A stretch of 63,081 bases of DNA, the filler included, from Octopus bimaculoides (taxonomy: Eukaryota), in assembly GCF_001194135.2 (NCBI RefSeq). It is 7 parts of 7 records of this genome, joined end to end, with 100 filler letters (N's around TTAATTAATTAA, not from the genome) between each part and the next. Parts side by side here need not be neighbours in the genome. Positions count along the whole stretch, not along the records: positions 12,158 to 36,272 come from NC_068992.1; 6 more parts are not named here. One strand, 5' to 3'. A program made the translations under genes and the position numbers. Positions 12,058-25,709 of this stretch are shown piece by piece (the first letter of the stretch is position 1; every line of letters begins with the position of its first letter). The notes beneath the pieces were generated by a model. That model did not search any database and had not been told where the DNA came from. It saw only the letters and a list, made by a program, of their open reading frames with translations.

Positions 12058-12157
12058 NNNNNNNNNNNNNNNNNNNNNNNNNNNNNNNNNNNNNNNNNNN
12101 NTTAATTAATTAANNNNNNNNNNNNNNNNNNNNNNNNNNNNNNNNNNNNNNNNNNNN
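12058..12157. other. Artificial scaffolding spacer: 44 N + TTAATTAATTAA + 44 N
   Basis: The identical 12-mer sits inside N-runs at 12102, 36317, 49174, 54472, 59628 and 61807. It is palindromic and has stops in all six frames. Confidence 0.9.
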
Positions 12158-12298
12158 TCGACTTTGCCTTTCATCCTTTCGGGAGTCGATTAAATAAGTA
12201 CCAGTTACGCACTGGGGTAGATATAATCGACTTAATCCGTTTGTCTGTCCTTGTTTGTTCCCTCTGTGTGTAGCCCCTTGTGGGTAGTAAAGAAATAA
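12158..12298 (+). mobile_element. SINE family A, 3' part
   Basis: Reads TCGACTTTGCCTTTCATCCTTTCGGGAGTCGAT...AAAGAAATAA and starts at a gap edge. Confidence 0.75.
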
Positions 12299-12679
12299 CA
12301 CACATACGCACACACATATATATGCATGTGTATGTGTGTGGGGGGGTGGGGGTGAAAGAGTGTGTATGTACCTATAATTTGCACACATAGCTAGGGCCTC
12401 CGAGAAAAAAAATTGTAAGGTAGAAAGAGGTTGCTTTTGGGCCTCATCTGGAAAGAGATGGGAATCTCCTCACCGTGTCAGTGATGCATGAGTCCTCTAC
12501 CTGTTGATCTTTATCGATCTCTACCCAACGATCCCATTTTTTGCATCCCTGGGACCCGGATCGTTGTACCAGCTGAATCCTATCTCTCATTAGCACTGTG
12601 TCTGGGAGGGGAGGCAGGCAGGCAGACAAATAGACAGAAAGGGAGTACATGTGTGTGTGGGGGGGAGTGAGAGAGAGAG

Positions 12680-12719
<40 letters not shown>

Positions 12720-13623
12720 TGTGTTTGTGCGTGAGTGTTTGTACACTGCAACGTTAACCAGGATTGTCCGAGCTTTGTTTACGAAAGAAACTTTTTATTT
12801 TGCGCGTAGTCCGATCAGTGCAAGCACTCACTCATTGACAGGTACGTNNNNNNNNNNNNNNNNNNNNNNNNNNNNNNNNNNNNNNNNNNNNNNNNNNNNN
12901 NNNNNNNNNNNNNNNNNNNNNNNNNNNNNNNNNNNNNNNNNNNNNNNNNNNNNNNNNNNNNNNNNNNNNNNNNNNNNNNNNNNNNNNNNNNNNNNNNNNN
13001 NNNNNNNNNNNNNNNNNNNNNNNNNNNNNNNNNNNNNNNNNNNNNNNNNNNNNNNNNNNNNNNNNNNNNNNNNNNNNNNNNNNNNNNNNNNNNNNNNNNN
13101 NNNNNNNNNNNNNNNNNNNNNNNATATATATTATGCACACAACATATTCTGTAAATGTGTATGTACACGTATATGTACATACACACACATTCATATACAT
13201 ACGTGCATATATATATGTGTGTGTATTTATTATATATATATAATATACATTCAAAAATTTTCTCTTTTAAATGTTTTAAAAGAAATATTTAATTATTTAC
13301 TATTGAAAACTTTATTCAAGTAAAAACGCTTTTAATACCTACTTGATATATTCGTATGTGTATATGTGTGAGTATGTGTATGTATATGTGTGTGTGTGCC
13401 TGTGGGTGCGTGCTTGCGGGTGTAAAATAGTCTATTTTTATACAGGCCAAAGATATTTTTATTCCGTGATATGTAGATAAGGTGTGTAAGATATGTTCTC
13501 ACGGACAATCATTTGGCACAGTCAACATTTCCCAGCCTCTTGTATTGTTTATGTCGAAGAGGAAAGGAGATTGGGCGTGAGAGCGAGAGAGAGAGAGAGA
13601 GAGAAAAAAAGCGAGAGAGGGAA

Positions 13624-13680
<57 letters not shown>

Positions 13681-14572
13681 ATATTGTCAATAACCATTAC
13701 AGGGTCTTCAGCTTAGATTTTCAACGTGCTTTCATGATTCCTAAATATTCTGTATTTATAGCTAAACTATTATTATAAACTGGTTAATTAGTCGTGACGN
13801 NNNNNNNNNNNNNNNNNNNNNNNNNNNNNNNNNNNNNNNNNNNNNNNNNNNNNNNNNNNNNNNNNNNNNNNNNNNNNNNNNNNNNNNNNNNNNNNNNNNN
13901 NNNNNNNNNNNNNNNNNNNNNNNNNNNNNNNNNNNNNNNNNNNNNNNNNNNNNNNNNNNNNNNNNNNNNNNNNNNNNNNNNNNNNNNNNNNNNNNNNNNN
14001 NNNNNNNNNNNNNNNNNNNNNNNNNNNNNNNNNNNNNNNNNNNNNNNNNNNNNNNNNNNNNNNNNNNNNNNNNNNNNNNNNNNNNNNNNNNNNNNNNNNN
14101 NNNNNNNNNNNNNNNNNNNNNNNNNNNNNNNNNNNNNNNNNNNNNNNNNNNNNNNNNNNNNNNNNNNNNNNNNNNNNNNNNNNNNNNNNNNNNNNNNNNN
14201 NNNNNNNNNNNNNNNNNNNNNNNNNNNNNNNNNNNNNNNNNNNNNNNNNNNNNNNNNNNNNNNNNNNNNNNNNNNNNNNNNNNNNNNNNNNNNNNNNNNN
14301 NNNNNNNNNNNNNNNNNNNNNNNNNNNNNNNNNNNNNNNNNNNNNNNNNNNNNNNNNNNNNNNNNNNNNNNNNNNNNNNNNNNNNNNNNNNNNNNNNNNN
14401 NNNNNNNNNNNNNNNNNNNNNNNNNNNNNNNNNNNNNNNNNNNNNNNNNNNNNNNNNNNNNNNNNNNNNNNNNNNNNNNNNNNNNNNNNNNNNNNNNNNN
14501 NNNNNNNNNNNNNNNNNNNNNNNNNNNNNNNNNNNNNNNNNNNNNNNNNNNNNNNNNNNNNNNNNNNNNNNN

Positions 14573-14617
<45 letters not shown>

Positions 14618-15892
14618 TACATATGTACAAACATACACACACACATATGCGCATACACAGTAAAACATGTACGTGTATACTATGTAACAGTTGGAAAACA
14701 AACACCTAGTGTAATGTAAATATAAACAGTAAATCATACACACAAGCACACATACACATTAATCATACACACACGTTGTTCTGAATGTATCCATGTGCAT
14801 CCCTGTTTATCATTGTTCATCCCTCTATGTCCGTGTATCACTGTATATCATTGTGTATCTATGTGTGCATGCGTGTCATTGCATATACTTCTGTTTCTGT
14901 GTATCCCTGTGTGAACACGAGAATCTTTGTATATTCTTGGCCGTGTGTGAGTGTTTTGTGTGTGTTTAGATATGGCTGTGTTTGTGCAGTGTAGATTAAG
15001 TATTTGCATTTGAGTGAGTGTGTTTATCTTAAACGTGCAATAAGTTTGTATTACCATGTGCATACGTCTGTGCGTGTTTGTCTGAGGGCAAGTACACGAG
15101 TCAGTATGTGTGTCCGTACACATTTTCTCTTCCTTTTGTCTTTCTCTTTCTCTCCTGTCCGTGTCTCTTTATCTCTTTATGTCTTTCTATTCGACTGTGT
15201 ACCTATGTGTAAAGGCGTATATATCAATGTGCGTGGTTGTGTGCGTGTGTACCTCTACCTGTAGTCTGTATATGTGGGTGCTTGTGGGCGTTTGTGTATG
15301 GAGGTATCTGACTATAAGATATTACAATCATATGCTACTAGTACAGCTCCCACCCAACCGTACAGGTTGTTAAGGAGATCTTGAGATATTCGCCTGCCAA
15401 ATTTTCCACCCAAGCTGCACTTGTGAGATCAAGATTAAGCCTACTGATATACCTGGTATGAAGGAGGAGTAGTGTTAAGTGACTTGACGAAGGTATGGTG
15501 AAAATATTGTTGTGTTGTGTGTGCGTGTGTGTGTGTGTGTGTGTACGTGTGTGTGTGTGTGTGTATACGTGTGTGTGTGTGTGTGAATATCGCCTGGTTT
15601 ACTAATGAAGGTGTTGGACTCACAATCTTAACGTCACGGGTTCGATTTCTATACACGTTGTATCCTTAAGCAAGACACCTCAATTCACGTTGTTCTAATT
15701 TACTTAACTGAAAATAAATACTAGCTGAACGTTTGCTGGTGCAGTATCTGCCCGCTGGATCAAGTGCGGAAGGATCAAGATGGTGCCTATGCCTCCTCTT
15801 CACTTCATAGACACCAAAAGCAATTTTACAAAACATTGTTCGTTACCGAGTCATTCTGGCTTTCAAGTAACAGCTATGATCTGAGTTTTGTA

Positions 15893-16008
<116 letters not shown>

Positions 16009-16914
16009 AAGAGTGAGAGAGAGAGAAAGAGAAGGAGTGTGTGTGTGAGTGTATTTGCGTACGCGTGTGTGTATTGTGAGAGAGTAAACTTGCGAAATGT
16101 TTTCATTTCCCACAATTTTTAATTTCTTCTATTAATATTGGACTGTGTATCTAAATCCGAAGCTAACACAATTACATTATGATATACAGAACTAAAAATG
16201 CGATTTGATAATGGTAGGCGAGTGACGTTACAATATGCTTTATGGCGCCAGTTGAGAAAACGAGGAAAATTGTGGGAACACTTCTTCATGGGATTAAAAT
16301 GCATCACTTTTACTTCAGTTGTCTCCGTTTTACTCTTGAATCGGGCTGGGATTGGCCACAAAGACAATATTTCAATCCAGAGGAGATCAATTTCAGATTA
16401 GAATCATAAAAAGATTGAAAAATATGAGGGATTATAAGACAAATATCTGACTGACAGAAAGCCTTCAAACAAATGGTTTACAATCTAATATCTTGACATA
16501 TCTTTACTATATCTCCTCTGCTCATGAGGCAAAAGTTTTTGTACTTTTCGACTAGCAAATTGACTTCACGTGCTTGTCCATTTTCAAGAGAAGTCGCTAT
16601 TGGTTACTTTTGAAGTCTTCCTGGAACGGTCAGTTTTCTTTACAGTCTGTCAGACGAAGGCCTTGATGAATATCACAAGGTATGAAAATACGTATTCGCC
16701 TTTATATATTTAATTCTTTATATTGAACACTCAATATTTCATATATTCAATAAGACATTCAATACTTCATTTCATTGTACCATCTATTTTTATATTATAT
16801 ACTATATATTCCATATTCTATATCCCACATTAATTTTACAAGAATATAAATAAAACAAAAAACAGACAGAGTTGGAACTCTTTTAAATAAAATTATATAT
16901 ATAAAATTATGTAT

Positions 16915-17210
16915 ATGCATATATACTTATATATAGTTTTTTTGTCTTCGTTGACTAGTTCTTCCTTTGTCCATTCCACCAACTTCTGCGAAATAGCGCA
17001 CCACACCTACAGCCCAAGCGTTGATGCCTCTAATTAGGTTCCTGCCATCCAGATCGCATCTTCATAGCTTTTCCACTCTTCTGGTATTTTCAGAAGAAAT
17101 TTTTCCGTCATCTTGGCATTCGTCATCTTCAACCCTCTCCGTTCACTTCTCATATGCGCTCATCATCTGGAAGTTGTACTCCACTGCTGTCTACTTTTCA
17201 CCCTCTCAGT
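16915..17210 (-). mobile_element. R4/Dong-like (RLE-type) non-LTR retrotransposon fragment, post-RT region
   Basis: Minus-strand frames give ..LDGRNLIRGINAWAVGVVRYF..EWTKEEL..EDKKT, with frameshifts and stops. Confidence 0.75.
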
Positions 17211-18493
17211 TTAATAACAGTGCATTTGATAATAATAACAAATGCGCTGCTGGTGTTGTTGTTGTTCACTGAAGATCCTGCAATTTTCAAAATATTGTTA
17301 AAATCTCATGTCATTATTAGAATGGCAAGTTTCAAATTCTTAGAATTCTGGGGTGTTTTCTAGTATTTATAACACTTATATTAACTTTGGTAATCTTCAC
17401 GTGTGTAAACAATGTTCTACACAATTGTTTATCTTTCTCTTGACCTTCAAATACCAAACACATTTTTCTTCTTTCATCATTGAATTCTGAAATTACATTG
17501 AATGGTTGTTTCTCGTGTAGCGTCTCAAATGAGGTCCAAGCTGAATGTGATCTTTATCTTGGTCTTCACCATGTCTCTATTGTGTAATTTATACAAAAAT
17601 GAAAACATGACGTAAAGCTAGACGGTCGGAATTATAATTAAAATAATTTCACTAATTCTTATGTTTTTTTTGCCTTTTTTTTTGCTCTTTAAATGTGTGT
17701 GTGTTAATGTCTGTAACAAATTCATAATCACTTATGAATATATAAAACCTTTGTTAGCCTGGGGGATAGACAAACAGAAAGAGATATATTTAATATAAGG
17801 AAACAGACATGCATACAAAGAAACAAACAAACAAAGCTGCCTGGTATAATTACATGCAAGGAAAACAATTGGAACCTGAGAAAACTAGCGATAGTCTGAA
17901 CCGGCAGAAAAACAGAAAGAGGAGAGACAAGTTCTGGTGTTTCAGGTATGTCTCTTGGAACAAATGAGAGAATGCATTGAAAGGCTGGCTGCAGAGGAAG
18001 TTGAAGAATATCAAAGTTAAAAAATGGGTTGGACGGAAAAACTCTAACAAGAACTTATTTATAAATCGTATACATACATGAAAGATATAGATATAGATAC
18101 GTAGATAGACAGGTAGATAAGCATAGTAAAATAGTTGTGTATTATTCATTGTGTACTTGTGTACAATTTATATGTAGCTTTGTGCATACATTGATGCCTG
18201 TGACTTTCTATATACCATGTCTGTATTTATGTGCGTTGGTTTATATATAATAGTATTTGTCTTTATGCATGTGGGCTTTTGTGTGTTATTGTGTGTGAGC
18301 TATGCGAGCATAAGTAGAAATACTTCCAAACGTTAGGTGTTTGGAAGAATTTTGCATTCTACTGCAAACTCTATTTCAATTGATGATATCCACCAGGTTC
18401 ACACTATGTTAATCTAAAGATCCTTCACCCCCAAAGCCCCACCAGTCAATTTTTCTGGTCATCCAATAGAGGACATGACTCTAAACGTGGATC

Positions 18494-19189
18494 CTCCAGA
18501 CAACTTCGAAATCTCCTGCAACTCTGCTGGACAGTTTCCTTGTTTAAATTTGTGAATGCTGCCATAATCCTTGCCTTTAGTTCATCTTTAGTATTATAAG
18601 GAGTTTTTTTGGTCTCTCGCTCAACTGCTCCCCACACATAATAATCAAGGGGTTGCAGTCTGGGGAGTTAATTAGCTAGATGTCAGGGGTAATGTGGTCG
18701 CAGAAATTGTCTGACAGTCACGAATGGGTTCTCTTGCTTATGTGACATAGTGCAGAGTCCTGTTACCAGATATAGGGTCTTCCAGCAGCCACCTTCTTGA
18801 TCCAGGTCAACACTACCTCCTCCAGGCACTTGATGTAGACCTCCGTGTTGAATCTGAGGCCGTGTGGGAAGATGAATGGAAGCATAGCATGATGTTGACT
18901 GGATATCTGATTTTTATCACTCTCGGTACATGTCCTCAGATTACACGGTCCTCAGAATGACACTCAAACACTCTGAAATGTTCGTATTGGAGCTTCCGGC
19001 GCGAATGTCAAGCAGCACAGCTTGTTGTTTCCAAAATTATGGCAGAATAAATTGCATCATGGTCCTGTTTTTCTCACAGACGGTACCCAACTGACCCTAC
19101 TATACTGTGTAGAGGAAAAATCAAAAACAAAAATGCGCATGCACGAAATTAAAAATATAAAATAACGACAATTTACCCATCGCATCCTG
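18494..19189 (-). mobile_element. Internally deleted maT/DD37D-like DNA transposon (5' TIR present)
   Basis: The 5' end TA|CAGGATGCGATGGGTAAATT matches TA|CAGGGTGCGATGGGTAAATT at 56127. The 3' coding relic reads ..PDCNPLDYY.WGAVERET.KTPYNTKDELKARIMAAFTNLNKETV..SCRRFRSCLE. Confidence 0.85.
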
Positions 19190-22100
19190 TATGCTTGTGT
19201 ACGCGTTTGGTGTGCGTGTATGAGTGTGTGTTTGCGCGTGCGTATATGTGTGTATGTATAGTGTGTGTGTGTGTGTGTGGTTGCACGTAACTATGTGTGT
19301 GTATTTTTTATGGCTGTCCTGATGTCGGTTTGTTTACGCCCCTGCAACTTACCAATAGAAGAAATATCAGGCTTAAAGATAATTAAATACTGGTGTCAAT
19401 TCGTTTAACTGAAACCTTTGTAATGATTGAAACGTGTAAAAGATAGACACATACACACACACACACACACACTTACATATATTCACACATTTGTACTTGT
19501 TTATATATACACATATACATTTATGTTCATATATATATATATATGTTTATACATATATATAATATACATTCATGCACAAGCATACGGACAACTTCTCTAG
19601 AACTATTTCCAACTCTTTCAATGCGATACCTTCCCTGATTCTTATCAGTTATACATACTAGAAGCGATTTAATCATTTATACCTTCTAACCCTGTAAGTC
19701 TCTTAATGTTTCTTCATTCTATTTTGTTTATTTCAACTTCCCAGTTTATGATAAGACACGACTTTTTCTTTGAACAAAAATTTACATCGTGTACTATTAA
19801 GGCGGTTGAAATTTCAGGAAAAACATGGCATCCATAAACTTTACTATTCTCAGGCAGCATTTTTCTGTACTTTGGGAGTTTCGAGGGGTCGGAAACGGCA
19901 AGCCACCTGAGCACCATATCTAGTTTAGTGCAAAGTTCAAATCCTGTCTTGGTCGATTTGAAATTTTAGATAATATTCAAGCATTGGTTCAATCGGTGGG
20001 ACTTCTTTTCCAAATTGCTTTCATGCCTAATCAAAAGCGAAATATATATTTTTATTTTTTAGTTAAAAAATATTTTCACTAAAATAATAAATAAAAATGG
20101 AAGTGAAAATGAAGTCTTCTTATTTGCAAAGAGTCTATGAAATAAACAAGATAAATTTCTCTTGAACAAGATGTTAATAACATTGTTTCCAGCCTATCAT
20201 AATTGTTGGCATTTAGATTTGGTTAATACATAAATTATTGTAGCTTACCACGAATAATTCAAGAAATTCCAAGAATCACAATCTAAATTCAAAACATCTT
20301 GGCTTTAATTATTTTCATTCATACATTATTAGTTTTAGTTGATTAGAAATTGCAAGTCAATTGTGTCCGGGCTGGTATCTTACCAGCTACAAATATAAAG
20401 TTGGAAGAAAGATTCACAATTCTCATAAGCACAACCAGAATGAGATTCGGGTGTAATTTTGAGTCATCGATCTTTGTAACAAAGGATCAACAGCTAGACA
20501 CGTCGTTGTTAGTAATTGTATTAATATCCTTTTACCAGTCTCCTTTTATATAAAGGCTATACACGCGGGAAATGAAATCAATAAACTCACACTAATGTGA
20601 CTGGTAACCAGAATTATTTTCCAATGTGAATAATGAACCGGAACTTTTTCAACGTCTGACGCTAAAATTTTGCATAGAATAAGAACAATGAAGAGAAGCG
20701 AGGAGTACTGCTAATTTTCCAAACCTCTATTCTATTGGCTCTCATTGAATTAATGCAAATGAACATTTATTTTGAGACATAACACCCTGGACTATTGTAG
20801 TACATAGAACTGTTACAATTGAATTTTTGGGGATAGAATTGTTGCCATCGAAGTGGTTATAATAAAGTAAAGATCTAGTTAGCATTTACATTTTTATATA
20901 GTAAAGACTTTGTCTCTAAAACATTCCGAAATTTCCTCTTTTTAAGTCATTTACGATTGTCGCCTGAACACGGTAAATGTAACGTTGACAACAGCAAAGC
21001 TTTCGGCTGATCTTTATCTGACTAGCTCGTGCCGGATATACTTCTATCTCATATATTATCCAATAGACTGGAAGTTTCTTGATGGTGTACATTGATACAA
21101 AGCTCAGTTATGCTTTATATACTTCCCCTAGCTATTAGCTCTGAACACATACTCTTCAAAGAAGTAATACAACCCGTCATTCTACGATAACCTTTCGCCT
21201 ATAAAATTCATGCAAGCACCTCCAAGATATGTCACAAACGGGAAAAAAATGAACGTTTAAAATATTTCCTTTATGAGATATGATAAACTAGTCTCATTCA
21301 ACAGCAAGCATACACTCAATTCAACAGACATTACGTCATGTCTACTGTCTAACACAGACATCCGACGTATGTTATTTATCAGAATACCTAATTACGTTCC
21401 ATGGTGACATTGTGTATGCATGTATAAATGTATGTATGTTTATATGTATGTATACACACCCACACCCACACCCACACGCGCGCGCGCACTGATGTTTGTT
21501 TTTATGTTCAATTATAGCAAAAACAACTTTACATTAATCTGATTGGTGAATTTATACTTTTGTAGAGTACAAAATTATTATTTGACTTTAACACAGGCCA
21601 AAACTTCAAAGTCACTGCCGATAATACTTTTGTTTCACAACATTATATATATATATAAGCTACTATATATATAAACTACTATTACTCCTAAAAGTAATTT
21701 TTTCATATTCCTATGGTTTTCTTCCTATACCTCGATCCGTGGATCTTATATATATATATATACATAACAAACTTTGGTTGTAGAAGAAACAACAAATTTA
21801 AGTCATCCACTTTATATATCACATCTCGAACATTTAATCACATATAAGTGATGTGATTATTAGTTGGATGACCTTAAATTTGTTGTTTGTTATACAACCA
21901 AAGTTTGTTATACTCGTCTCATTTACTTGAGCACTTCTCTTGCAGTCCTATTAACCCTCTTCTTCCTAATAGGAAACAATCACTATTATATATATATATA
22001 CAAACACATACATACATGAATTCATACATACTTAAAGCCCACATAGATATACAAGTGCACACACCCGTATAGGAAATGCAGTTAATGCAATGAGCTCCAA

Positions 22101-23079
22101 AAATGTATAAATTTAGCAAAATTACACTGCTGGAGATGAAAAAATGTTAATTTTAGAAATTGGTTATGTTCATATAGATGACAACCGTTAGAAAATTTCT
22201 CTTGTTATTACTTTATATTTAGATGAATTCATATTTAGTCGTTCATTGATATATCTATCAATGGGCGTTGTTTCTGCAGCAGTCACTCAATGTCAGTATC
22301 GGAACAGCTGTGAAATACAATCTTAAAGATATCATAAATGACAACATTGTATCAGAACGCCCTAGTAAGAGTTGAACTTAGTTTAGAAAAAGAAAAAAAA
22401 AAAAAAAAAGAAAAGAAAAGAGAGAAGAGTGAAGTCTTACTTGATATAATTTTTATCATATTTTCTAATCTTGAATATATTTTACCATCGAAATTACACG
22501 ATGAATACGTATCAAAAAGGAAGTTAATTTCATCAGAAACTGTGTATAGCTTTACTTCTGTTATATGTTCCATCTGTATCTCCCCGTATTGCCAGTGACT
22601 AATGTATGCATCAGTATATGTGTGTGAGCTGGGAGAGTCTGTGTGTATATATATANNNNNNNNNNNNNNTGTGTGTGTGTGTGTGTGTTTGTATGTGTGT
22701 GTGTGTGTGTGTGTGTTTTGTCACTTCATTAACCTAATTCCTTCAATTAAGTTGATTTTCAGAGAAGAAATTTTGTTTATGGATTCAAGTATTTTAACGA
22801 AGTGTTCTCTTTTACTGATGATGCTAACACGTCAATAATATAATATTAAGATCCTCTCTCTCCATATACATATATATGTATATATATAACATATAACACA
22901 TATATATAAATGTTAATACTTTGCGTGTACCACGTCCTCGCGTTGATACATATATATTTATATATATCTACACACACGCACACACACATATAAATACCAA
23001 CCTCGAGTCGGGTTATACATTTTGGATACCCTCAAGAGACGTACTCATCCACATAGGTCGGTTATCTATAGGGGCGATG

Positions 23080-23302
23080 GCTTGGCTATCGGAGCCCTGG
23101 GAACAGTGAGCAAAAATCTCGATAAGTACGTGGAACAAATAGGGGCTGCAATAAGGGTGGAGCACCTGCAGAAAACAGCACTGCTTGGAACCGCTCGAAT
23201 ACTCCGGAAGGTGCTCGAAAAATAAGAGGTGTTACCTTAGTTCAGTGGTAGTGAAAAACTGACACTGCAATACATCTCCAGTGTTAGAAGCTGTGCAAAA
23301 TC

Positions 23303-23368
<66 letters not shown>
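23080..23368 (+). mobile_element. R4/Dong-like LINE extreme 3' end with (AAT)n tail
   Basis: Reads IGALGTVSKNLDKYVEQIG..IRVEHLQKTALLGTARILRKVLEK*, then a short 3' UTR and (AAT)n at about 23304-23368. Confidence 0.85.
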
Positions 23369-23369
<1 letters not shown>

Positions 23370-23416
23370 TCGAAATGTACCTTAGGAATGAGAACCCAGG
23401 TTCGAATTTTCCCCAA

Positions 23417-23462
23417 GACACCTGATGAAAGCTGAAGGGTATATGAGCCGAAACGTTGTGTT
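23417..23462 (+). ncRNA. Minimal type I hammerhead ribozyme motif (imperfect stem II)
   Basis: GACAC-CTGATGA-aaGCTgaagggtatatgAGCc-GAAAC-GTT^GTGTT. The core CUGAUGA/GAAA is intact, stem I is GACAC/GUGUU (5 bp), stem III is the palindrome ACGU and the cleavage triplet is GUU. Stem II has only 3 bp and lacks the G10.1-C11.1 pair. Confidence 0.65.
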
Positions 23463-24997
23463 AACAGCAAAAAAGATGACAAATATCCGTCAAATGTAAA
23501 TAATGTAAATAATGTATATAATTCTTCATCTCTTAAATACAGAACTGAATGAGAATTTAACCTTAATTTACGTTGTCCAAACACTATTCATGTAAAACAA
23601 AACTTATGTTTGAGGAATGTAATAGGATATTTTGGGGATAAAATTCAGAAGTTGGCTTTAAAGTAGAGGAGCTGAGTTACTTTTCGCCTGTCTATCACTT
23701 TGTGATATAATTGTTTACACTTTTCTATCACCTATTGACAAAAATGTTTACACTTATATATATCACTGGATGATAACAGGCCCTATCACATTATCATGTG
23801 GTTTGATCTGTAAGTTTCATACAAGAGAATTCTTGACACCAAATAGATCAACACAAGAGCCGTAATTTTCATTAGAAAACAAATCCCTCCGCTTTTAAAT
23901 TTTTACCATTTACATTATAACATCTACAATGATAAGAGTTTTTCATCACACCTATCTCTTAAGGATTTCACTTGTTATGGCAGCATATCCCTGCTGTTTA
24001 TTCTATTGACTTACATAGATAAAAGAGTCGAGTTAGCTCTGACACCCTGGAGATCAACATTGCAAGGTCTCAAGTACATCGTTCTCTAATCTATTTTTTT
24101 TTTATACAACACGAAACACGTTTGGTGTGAAGTAGATTGTTCCTGAATATAAATTGTGTGTGGCCGTGAAAAGATAATTTAATACTAGGATTTGTGAGTT
24201 GTAAATTAATTCTTCTTTTGTTAATCAATTATATAAGCTATAGTTTTAGAGAATTATTTTAACGAAATGATTACAAACCACAACGCCAGAATTATATTCA
24301 TGTACAGACGCAATAGATCCATAATGTAATACGAATCGCTAGACGCAGGGAGTTTAATGTCGCAGTCATCGGTTCATATACCTACAGCAATCTTTATTAA
24401 ATACACTTAATTTGTATCCACTCAATCAGCCTTTATTTCAGATTGGAAACAGGGGAAGCGTAGTTCATGGTTATATTCAGTGCAAATACTGTAAAACAAT
24501 CAAGTAAATAGCTCCCACTCTATTCGTATCCTAGTAGTGCTTTAAATAAGTGTGCCTTTCTATGACAGAGAAAGCAAGACAGAGAAGGAGATAGACAGAC
24601 AGACAGAGATTCCTAAGATGTTGATAGTTGTGGAAAATTTCCCAGTATCTCTTGCTAGGTATTTCATTTATCAGAGAAAGACGATGGAACACTTGTCAAT
24701 AGCTATTCCACTCTAAGCGCCAATAATCCCAATAATATATTGGTTGAACCATAGAGAAATGTAGGATTCAGAGCAGCTGTGATTAGTTAAGCTTTCTTGT
24801 TCAATGACCTTTGCAGTTCATCAGTTCATTCAAGTATGTGTGTGATAACATATTTATCACAAATGTTGAGTATTTTCACTGACAAATTTCTCATCAAACA
24901 TTTTTGATATTCCTCAATCTCAGTTTATGAAAGTTCCATTAGTGAATATTTCGGGGAGGTAATAGAGTATTTAGTAATATATTATGCAAGAAGCATT

Positions 24998-25079
<82 letters not shown>

Positions 25080-25518
25080 GCACGCATAGATATTCCTCAC
25101 CTGTTTTCGCCCTCCATGATCTTTTTCTCCTTCCACTCTACTTCAACTTCTGTAAACGTTCTCTCTTCTATCCATAATACATTAGTGACAGAAGTAACTG
25201 CAATAATTTGGATTCACATAGAACAGTAGTAGTGATAGAAGATTCCATGTAGTTCCTTAACGAATATTTACTTTAAATCGTCTAGATTTTGAATGGTATT
25301 CCTCATTGTACTTCTAGAATGGAAGTGACTATTGATTCTAGCAATATACAGTTGAAATTAAATCATAAAAAAATGTTCTACCATCTTGTCAGTTCAACTT
25401 GTGTAGTAAACTGGCACTTGTATCACTTTCATTAATTACAAATTGATTGTAGGTTATTTTAATTATTTTTTTTAGTTATTTTGATTTTATGACTATAATA
25501 AAAATCCTTTTTCTTATA

Positions 25519-25709
25519 GTCACAGGGCCTGAAACTTTGAGGAAAAGAACTAGTTGATTACATCAACCCCAATGCTCAAATGATACTTATTTGATCGACC
25601 CTGAGGGGAAGAAAAGCAAAGTCGACTTCGAGCGAATTAGAAATCTGAATGTAAGACGGACGAAATGCTGCTAAACATTTCATCCGGCGTGCTAAGAATT
25701 CCGCCAGCT
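25519..25709 (-). mobile_element. SINE family A copy (diverged)
   Basis: Colinear similarity to 2233-2431. Confidence 0.75.

Noticed and set aside
16646-16679. Plus-strand mini-exon-like segment ttctttacag|TCTGTCAGACGAAGGCCTTGATGAATATCACAAG|gtatga (LSDEGLDEYHK)
   Set aside because: It has good splice signals but only 34 nt, no recognisable homology and no phase-linked partner exon. Such matches are expected by chance in 63 kb.
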